From contig OZ024745.1 of assembly GCA_964016885.1 (NCBI GenBank), forward strand, positions 124,806,001-124,870,000: DNA of 64,000 nt, written 5' to 3'. The stretch comes from Eledone cirrhosa (Eukaryota). The notes under the pieces are model-generated. The model did no database searches. It saw only the letters and a program-made list of their open reading frames with translations, and was not told the origin of the DNA. Made by a program: the position numbers and the translations under genes. Of this stretch, positions 55,410-64,000 are shown in pieces (position 1 is the stretch's first letter; the number at the start of each line of letters is the position of its first letter).

Positions 55410-55760
55410 TGTCTTTAGACCGAATGCCTCTCAGACAGATTTACGGTTGTACCCTTGGCAGTGGAGACTTCTGGTGTCCTCGGCTCTAGGGCTACCTCCC
55501 TACTCACATCCATAGGCGCTGAGCTGGCCAGCAGCAGGTGTGAGCCTCACGAGCTGGAATAGATTTTCCAGCGCGTCTCCCTTGCCGTCCTCCGGGCAAA
55601 CGCCTTCTCCATTCTGTCCGCCGAGCTGTGGGGAAGCCACCAATATGATTGACTGACTTGTCATTTTATCAGTCAGATACTAGTGAATCATTGGATTTAA
55701 GTCAATGTGTTTAGCTATAGTACCTTTTAGTCTATCTTGTTGTTTGTACTCACATAATGA
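55410..55760 (+). mobile_element. CRE-like non-LTR retrotransposon 3' fragment
   Basis: VVPLAVETSGVLGSRA..LLTSIG...E*IFQRVSLAVLRANAFSIL, the C-terminus of a restriction-like endonuclease domain. Confidence 0.65.
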
Positions 55761-56248
55761 AAGTTTTTTTCTCAGTTAATTATATAATATATTGCTTCTC
55801 TAAGTGACTTCTCTCAATTACATGTTTAAGTATTAGAGACTAATTAACTTTTAATTAATATATATATTTTTATACACATACACACACACATACACACACA
55901 CACACATATGTGTGTATATATATATATATGAAATGAAAAAAGATTCGGTCTACATGGCTGAATACAATAAATGTAATCTGAGTTTATCGAATATTAATAT
56001 CATTCGATTCGTTTGCAATTATGCAAACAAGCCTCATTTTTAAAGCCATGTCAGTAGAATGAACCCTTCATTCTTGCTCTTGTGTCGGCATTTAAACAGA
56101 ACTGGTAGCATTTTTATTATATTACAGTATTCAGTAGTGGTAGACCAGCTACACTGGAACACCATCATTAAGAATTTACAATCAATATATCAACGCCAGT
56201 TTCTCGCTATTGATTATAGTGCGCTTTACTTATTGATTTATATCAATT

Positions 56249-56283
<35 letters not shown>

Positions 56284-56435
56284 GTAATCTGAGTTTTTCG
56301 AATATTAGTAATAACATTCGATAATGGCCGGGTTTGCCACATTCAAATAAAAAAAATGTTCGCTCTACATGGCTGAATACAATAAATGTAATCTGAAAAG
56401 TGGATCTGCTAATATGCACATCTGACTGATCACTG

Positions 56436-56476
<41 letters not shown>

Positions 56477-56482
56477 AATATA

Positions 56483-56514
<32 letters not shown>

Positions 56515-56689
56515 AATATATATATGTATATAAATATATATATATATATATATACTTTGGGAGGGTCATGTTGCCAATAAGAAACACACGCACCAGTGGG
56601 TTTCACTTCAATTTATTATAATAAATTTATAAATTTAGGAATTTATAAATTTCCGGTTGGTTGGTTCCACAACCAGATGGTTGTTTATA

Positions 56690-57603
56690 TATTGTCAAAG
56701 TTCTTTCGTCACACATGTGACCTCTTCAATGACTGGGGTTTCTTTTCTTTGTTTTTGTTGTGCCTCTCCTTTGTTCTGTCCTACGCCATCTTGTTTTTGT
56801 GTGTGTGTTGTGTGCTTAGTTTGCGCATGTGTTACATCTGGGTGTCTGTGTGTGTTTATATTCGTTTATTTATTTGTTTATTTACATGTTACTGGTTGGT
56901 TGTTTGTTCTATGTGCGTGTGTCTTTTCATTTTGTCCTTAATTTTAAGTTGTGATGTTGCTGTTCCATTCATGTTTTCTATTTAATTTTGGTTGGAGTTC
57001 ATTTATGTTTATTGCCTCTGTGATTTGTCTAAACATTGCGTCTTTTCAGTGTGTAGATTCTATTTTTATTTCTATGTTCTCTAATTTACCCTTGTGTTCT
57101 ATTTTAGCATGTTGGTAGAGTACAGACGATTCTTTACTATCTTGAAAGTCTCGCCAGTGTTCATTTATCCGTTCCCCTATACTACGAGCTGTCTCACCTA
57201 TGTACACTATAGTTTTATCTCTACATTGTCCTTCAGTACATCTTATGCTATATACTACATTTCTAGTTTTACAGTTAATATGGGGGGCTTAATTTACAGA
57301 TTATATATTTCTTATCTATACAGCGAGGTCTTTGAAAAGGGTATGTCTTGCTAATAAGTGTTTTTATGGAGGTACCTGGTGTTTCTACTATCTTAATATT
57401 GAGTTTATGTTTATCTAGGGCCCTTCTAAATTTGTAAGCTAATTCACCTCTAGGGGTTGTATCGATGAACATTACACTCTGGTATTTATTGCTATCATAC
57501 CATGAGTTTATTCTATTAGCCTTATTCCTAGTGCTTTCTATTCTATTCCAAAATTTGCTTCTATACAATGGGCAGGTCCGATTTGTGTCATTATTTACCA
57601 TTT
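56690..57603 (-). mobile_element. Penelope-like element 3' part: GIY-YIG ORF end plus a hammerhead-like motif at 56694-56733
   Basis: VMFIDTTPRGEL..IVETPG..PF..C, then NCKTRNVVYSIRC..VYIGETARSIGERINEH..LYQH..RQITEA. Confidence 0.8.
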
Positions 57604-57604
57604 T

Positions 57605-58620
57605 TTCCCATTTGGTTCTGGCGCCTGAAGCGAAGACCGAGAGGGAGCGCTTGGAGACTGGAATGTCCTTCAGGCGCTCACAGCCCTCGACCAATCGAGC
57701 AATGTGATCGGTGGAAACTCCATATTGGCGTTCTATAGAGGATTAGTGGAGGGGAAGAGCGACGACTTACTTGGAGAAATTCTAGGCGTCGACGAAAATC
57801 AACTAGCCAATCTCTTCGGAAGAACTTTCCGGCCGGGGCCTATGGACAACTTCCAGAAATCCCTGGCCTGGCAGTGCTACCGAGGAGCTTTGCCAGTTCG
57901 GGATAAACTCTACAGGCATGTAGGTGCCGTCAGCCGGGCTTGTCCGAGATGCGCGCAGGGCTACGAAACCGTTCTGCACGCACTCGTCCAGTGTCCGGGC
58001 ATTGCTGACATTTGGGTTTATGTCGAACACCTGCTGTCGCGTGTAGGACGGATCCAGCTATCAGCTGAGTCCATCGTGAGGATTGCCCCGCCTTCTTCCT
58101 TTAGCCGGGAAGGGTAGGCAGTTTTTATCTGTCTGGTGGCCATGGCGAAATAGATAGTATGGTGGACACGTTTGAAAGGGCTGAAGACGTGCACTAACCT
58201 CTTCGGTGATGCCCTGATTAACTTTTTCAAATTTCATTTGAAAAGGAAAATCAGGGTAGAGAGGGAAGTGCTCTCTTCCCAGCATTTTGTTGAAAGATGG
58301 GTGAGAGAAGCAAGTATGGCCCGAGTGAATGGGCCTACTCTGAGTATGTGTCTGTAAATTAAAGGTGGAAAACTGGGAGAGGGCACTTGCCCTGGTGGTC
58401 AGGGTCACTCTGGCCTTTTAATGGGCTTTCTCCACAATTTTCCCTCGGAAGTCTCCCTCCTATTGGGGAATTTTTCATTGTTATTTTTTTTGTTACATCC
58501 TCTGTTTTTTTGTTTTTTTTACACGCAGAAATGCCCATTTGTACCGTCCTGTATTGTCCTGTACTGTCCTTAATGTCTACTTTATGTAAACCCTTGTGGT
58601 TAATAAAGAAAGCATTATTA
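57605..58620 (+). mobile_element. Tx1/L1-clade LINE 3' fragment with a long (ATT)n tail
   Basis: MDNFQKSLAWQCYRGALPVRDKLYRH..CPRC..ETVLH..C. Same family as 44853-47525. Confidence 0.85.
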
Positions 58621-58708
<88 letters not shown>

Positions 58709-60189
58709 GTGGCTTTTATTTACTATCTCAATTCAAAAAACCCTAGATACATATATCTACTTATTTAAAATTTCATAAAATAGGATATTAGACTTATATG
58801 TCGGTGGATTCTGCAGATTTTCTATATATGTTATTGAGTTTAGTGATATAAGGAATTGATATATTAATTCTTTAGTACAGTAGTGAACTGAACTGCATTA
58901 TAAGCATGAGCTGAATTTTTGAAATCTCATGTATCGTAACCTGCATCTTCTTTAATCGAGTCACAATATATATATCCTTGAACAGAAGCTAACTACGAAT
59001 AAAATTGCTGATTGATACGTGGTAGTTAAGTATTTATTCAAGCCCAGCTTTATTTGCCAGTAAAATACACCTGTTATATTTGGAAATATAAGAGACGGAA
59101 CGTGGTGTTTGGTAAACCTAATGTCAGAATATCAAATATTCACTAATGTATTGAGATTATTAGGTTCACCGTGTAATTCTCATTAACTATTTGATTGAAC
59201 AGTTCATAATTGTTTATTTTCTTTTGTCTTCAACTTCTAGTGTAATCATTATATTGTAAATATATAGTTCTATGGTGATGTTGGTAGCCTTACTACCTTG
59301 ATTGGTTGGAGAAGTTTGAAACCTAGTATTGTGTGTGAAATATATTTGGCTTTATTATCAAACAATGAAGTTTATATTGAAAGCTTGAATTGCAATTATG
59401 TGGCTACCATTAATATTTGATACACTTGGTTAATTATACACTGGAACAATGGAAACTAATTTGAATAATCTACTTATGATTTTATCATAACATTATTTAA
59501 CAACCTGAAATTGGAAACATAGTTTTATTGAATTTATAACAATTGTGATAATGTCCGTTAGTATTGTTGCGAAAGCTTTGTTTCGCTGTCGTTTCCTTCT
59601 TGTGTAACAATAATTCATAAACTTAACAAATACCTTTATTTTTGCCATTAAACGACGTACAGATGAGCGTTATCCAAAATTGTACTATTTTACCTTGATA
59701 AATCGAGTTAGATATATACGGATTTTGTCAGGTAAGATAAGACACGGCTTACTGCTTCGATTGAACCCTCATTATCTGGGGTCAATTTTTCGTACTATTA
59801 TAAACTATTCTATATTGCTAGATATAAACAACAGTTCACAGCATAAAGGAATTTGCGTTTTGTCACTTGGAATTATTTGCTGTTGTTAAACTCCAGTTCC
59901 AATCATCCTATTTTTGGTAAAGTCACCCTAAGTTAGTCACCCTAAGATACTATCCGATGTACATTACAAAATTCTACGATGTGACAGACCGATTTTGATA
60001 GATTTATATATGGGCTTCATTTCTAGAAGTTTTCGGGAGTACGAACAATTATATATGGTGTCAGTTTACTTAACTATATTTTCGTCCTTACAGACATTCA
60101 AGTAAAATACAATCGGAGACAAAATGTTAAATATATAATTCCTAAAATGCTGACGATCTCTTTCCGAAATATAACGGTTAAACTTGCAC

Positions 60190-60283
<94 letters not shown>

Positions 60284-60356
60284 ACACATACACACACATA
60301 CACATACATACACACATACATACATACATACAAACATTCACACATGCATGCATACT

Positions 60357-60419
<63 letters not shown>

Positions 60420-60576
60420 AAATATAAACGGGTGTGTATGATTGTGTATAGAAGATTATATTAATAAAAGGAATTCCAACTTTGTCTGATTTACTCGTTT
60501 TATTTACAATCCTTTAAAATTTATAATGGTATTAGAATGAAATAGTATGGTAGAATATTAAATGTTAAGTGTTAAT

Positions 60577-60615
60577 TGAACAAGTACTTTCATGCTTTCG
60601 CAATCTTCAGGTTCA
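60577..60615 (-). ncRNA. Ultra-minimal hammerhead motif
   Basis: TGAAC-CTGAAGA-TTGC-GAAA-GCAT-GAAA-GTAC-TT-GTTCA. Confidence 0.62.
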
Positions 60616-60675
60616 TATTGTGTGGTGACAGTAAAGTTTGCAGAAAATTGCAAACTTGACTGTCACCACACAATA

Positions 60676-60714
60676 TGAACCTGAAGATTGCGAAAGCATG
60701 AAAGTCCTTGTTCA
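60676..60714 (+). ncRNA. Ultra-minimal hammerhead motif
   Basis: TGAAC-CTGAAGA-TTGC-GAAA-GCAT-GAAA-GTCC-TT-GTTCA. Confidence 0.58.
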
Positions 60715-60825
60715 AGTCACACTTAACATTTAATATTCTACCATACTATTTCATTCTAATACCATTATACATTTTAAAGGATTGTAACAAAACGAGTAAA
60801 TCAGACAAAGTTGGAATTCCTTTTA

Positions 60826-60867
<42 letters not shown>

Positions 60868-62796
60868 TATATAAACAGTCACAACAATTATTAGGGAGGT
60901 TTCCCAGTGCTTCTCTCTATGTTGCTATCTTTTGCTATGGTAGCGTCTCACTCTTTTCCATTCTTTCGCCTGCATACTGTTTTATGGGGTCTAAGATGTG
61001 GGTATTACGTGCTTGTGTATTTTTCTCTTTCTTTTTTTTCCTTTCCCTTTCCTTTGTATATATTATATTTGTTAGTGTTTTCGTCCTGTAATCATTATTT
61101 TACATTTTTATACAAATGAGTTTAAAAAAAAAAAGAGTTAAACTGTGTTGTTAATAAATAAATAAAACGTTATACTTGTTTTACCCTTCCGTTTCCAATT
61201 CACCGAACACTATCATGATTGTATGTGTGTGTTTGTGTGTATGTGTGAACATGTTGGTGTATTTATCTGAATGTTGTCCGTGAGGGCGTATTTTTATAAG
61301 TTTGTATTTGCGCGATTATAGTTATATACTCATACATATAGATGTACGTACATGCACAATCACACGCGACAGCGTGTAGAAAATCATAATACCTCTATCT
61401 CTCTCATCACAAACTCTCTCTTTGTATATATTTGGTAGTTGAAGTGGTGGTGGTGGCGTGGATATACCGGATGTCTAGAAAATTTGTAACTTTGAAAAGA
61501 AGTCAATTTTAAATTATTTATAAATACGAAATTTAGTTACGAAGTTGAGTACATAAATTATGTAATATACATTCATTATTTATTCAAAGTAATCGAACTT
61601 ATTTTACAAAGGGGACAAAAAAAAAAATGTTTCTGTATGCAGTCCCACACTCCTTACTTTATTATAGTTCAGATATGCAAATATCTTTCTCTATGTCGGC
61701 AAAAGCTGTTGTGTGTATATATTGAAGAATTTTGATTAGTAAAACAATTTGAGTTTTTTTTTTATATCTAACTTGTTGAAAGTTTCAGATTCCTCACTTG
61801 CAATACAAAATCGATTTTCAAAGGATGCATACATGCATACGCTGTTAAATAAAAGCTGAATTTCACAGACATTTCAATGTTTTATTTTTCCTTTTCATTT
61901 TCAATAGATGGATATACTGAACTGCTTTAGAGAATGCATATTTATTGAATGAATTGGCGCCTGTTTTCTAGTGTTGGTACTTATTTTAACCATAGCTGAG
62001 TGGAGAAAATTGCAGTTGACGAGCCAACACGGATGACATTTCCAATCGATCCAACTACTAGAAATGTTAGTGAGGTCAACCAAAGATTCACATCCTATCA
62101 TTTTGAAAAAAAAAAAAGGAAGAACACAATTGATATTGAAAAAAAAGACAAAAATCATTTGATCATAGGTCAGCTTAATACAAGCTGACTGGAGCTTCTG
62201 AAGTTTCATTTCTAAGTTTGAGAAGCGGTGATATGAATAGTGGGGTAAGTATTGTGATGAATTTGCATTTCAATGAATAGTATCAAAAAGTGGACAACAA
62301 ATTAAATTACGTTGCATTAATCGCAGAACACACATGCACTCACACTATTGGCATGTTTTGGGATACTATGTTATTACTATACTCTAAATACTATATTCAA
62401 CTAGAACCCCTCCAACTATCCGTAATTATTTTTGCAAATATTATACCGTATAATATTATGATATCTTTATAAATGTTCTCGGTCTGATACAGCTCAATCG
62501 CATTTATCTGACCGATAAATCATTTTAAATACAGTTTCTGAAAGCCTCAGGTTTCGCTTTAGTACAGACTACTTAAGAACCTTGATACCATGAAGGTTCC
62601 TCAGTGTGACAGTTAGAAACAGATGTCAATTTTCAAATATCACCAAATATTACTTATCGGACAATATATTCCTGGGTGTAAAAAAATGAGACGGTCATAA
62701 CTTGAATGTTATTGATCAAAGGTATTTTCTAGCGGTGTTGCCCTGAAATTAAATAACATTATCGACATCAAGAACAACTTCAGTTGCAGCAAAAAT

Positions 62797-62912
62797 AAGA
62801 TACGCCCTGAATATCTGAGGCGGCAGGTAGAGGCTTGATGTTCACTTCAACAAACTTTCCAGTTAAATAACATCAATAACTGAGACTCAAAGAACAATAA
62901 TAATAATAATAA
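62797..62912 (+). mobile_element. R4/Dong family A, extreme 3' fragment A6
   Basis: GATACGCCCTGAATATCTGA plus the family A 3' UTR and (TAA)n. Confidence 0.8.
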
Positions 62913-63140
62913 TTGTTTCTACTTTTGGCACAAAACCAGCAAATAATAATAATAATGATATTTTCTACTATTTGTACATGTCCAGCAATTACCCCTGTAC
63001 ATTACTGGTACTTTATTTTATCGAACCCGTAAGTATGAAAGCCAAAGTTAACCTCGGTCGGATTTGAACTCAGAATGGTAAGGGCCGTAACTCTATGCAT
63101 CAAAGTCCTACCCTCTACCGATACTCCCAATTCACCACCC
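62911..63140 (-). mobile_element. SINE S1 (3' stub plus near-full copy)
   Basis: Reverse-complement match to the consensus. Confidence 0.8.
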
Positions 63141-64000
63141 TTCTAATCTGAATATAGTGTGTGTAGATTTCACAGAACTCCATATTCACCTGAGTATTGC
63201 TCCCACTAGCTCTATCACGACCTCAAATTCAGAACAAAATTGTAGTTATCTCCAGTGTAATTATATTTATATAATAAATCATAGCTCGTGCTCTCTAAAG
63301 AATGCCAACCGGATAAGCAAAATTACTTAGATGGCTGTCAAAATATTTAATTCAGAAAACATTAAATGCCCAAATAAATATGTTTATAAGGTGGGGAAAA
63401 GACAATATTAATTAACGGATCCTAATATTTTCATCATTGTTGCAGGTACAACAGTAAACACCAGATAGGTTTCGGTCATATTAAAGCCACACAAAGGGAC
63501 TTCTCCGTACACATTAATATGTTACTCCTTGATAATTATTCTTTCCCTATAGCGATGTAATTCTTTCTCTGTTTATATTCTCTAAAGTACTCTAAAGTGT
63601 GTTGTTTTATATGTGAAATAACAAATGGCATTTTAATTATTTTATACATTCAATGATTTTCCAGACATAATGATTCCGAATATTCTGAAATCCTGAGTCA
63701 AGATCCATTAATATAACCTTTGGCGTTGCCCCTTCGAGCGTAATGTGGGTGAGTCTAATTTCTACAAGCCTAATCAATGCACCTAGTTAAAAGATCCCAA
63801 GTATGGTGCAAATTAATTTTCCCCACATTTTATATCCAGTTTTCTATTTCAAACACATCAATTCATACTCATAGCTTCAATAATAATAATAATTTGGGGT
63901 CTATAATCATGATTACTATGATCGGTATTATAATAATTCTTATACAATCAACCACAACAACATTGCCGTCAATAGCCTTTATAAAATAAGCCCCTTAACC

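Larger units (their letters stand above)
60457..60833. repeat. Near-perfect palindrome of about 375 bp (family H4)
   Basis: Arms of about 185 bp with a 6-nt loop at about 60643-60648. Ends in (TA)n. Confidence 0.92.

Noticed and set aside
57275-57694. 139-aa ORF as a single protein
   Set aside because: The first 30 or so residues are antisense Tx1 sequence and the rest is Penelope-like.

Overview
AT-rich, microsatellite-saturated eukaryotic DNA with no confidently identifiable host gene. The SINE type and repeat landscape suggest an octopod cephalopod intron or intergenic region (inference). Contents: (i) head-to-tail arrays of R4/Dong-clade non-LTR retrotransposons (RT plus restriction-like endonuclease) inserted into (TAA)n tracts, at least two families, including a young copy with a 642-aa open frame; (ii) fragments of Tx1/L1, RTE, CR1 and CRE-like LINEs; (iii) three Penelope-like (GIY-YIG) fragments; (iv) about 15 copies of one tRNA-derived SINE; (v) a non-autonomous Helitron and Tc1/mariner MITEs. 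The main signal not visible in the ORF track is a set of about 10 type-I hammerhead ribozyme motifs from several unrelated sequence families. They sit in short non-coding units, mostly embedded in (TA)n, arranged as fold-back palindromes (one hammerhead per strand) or as a partial tandem, resembling Penelope pseudo-LTRs or retrozymes. Most ORFs in the track are microsatellite artefacts.
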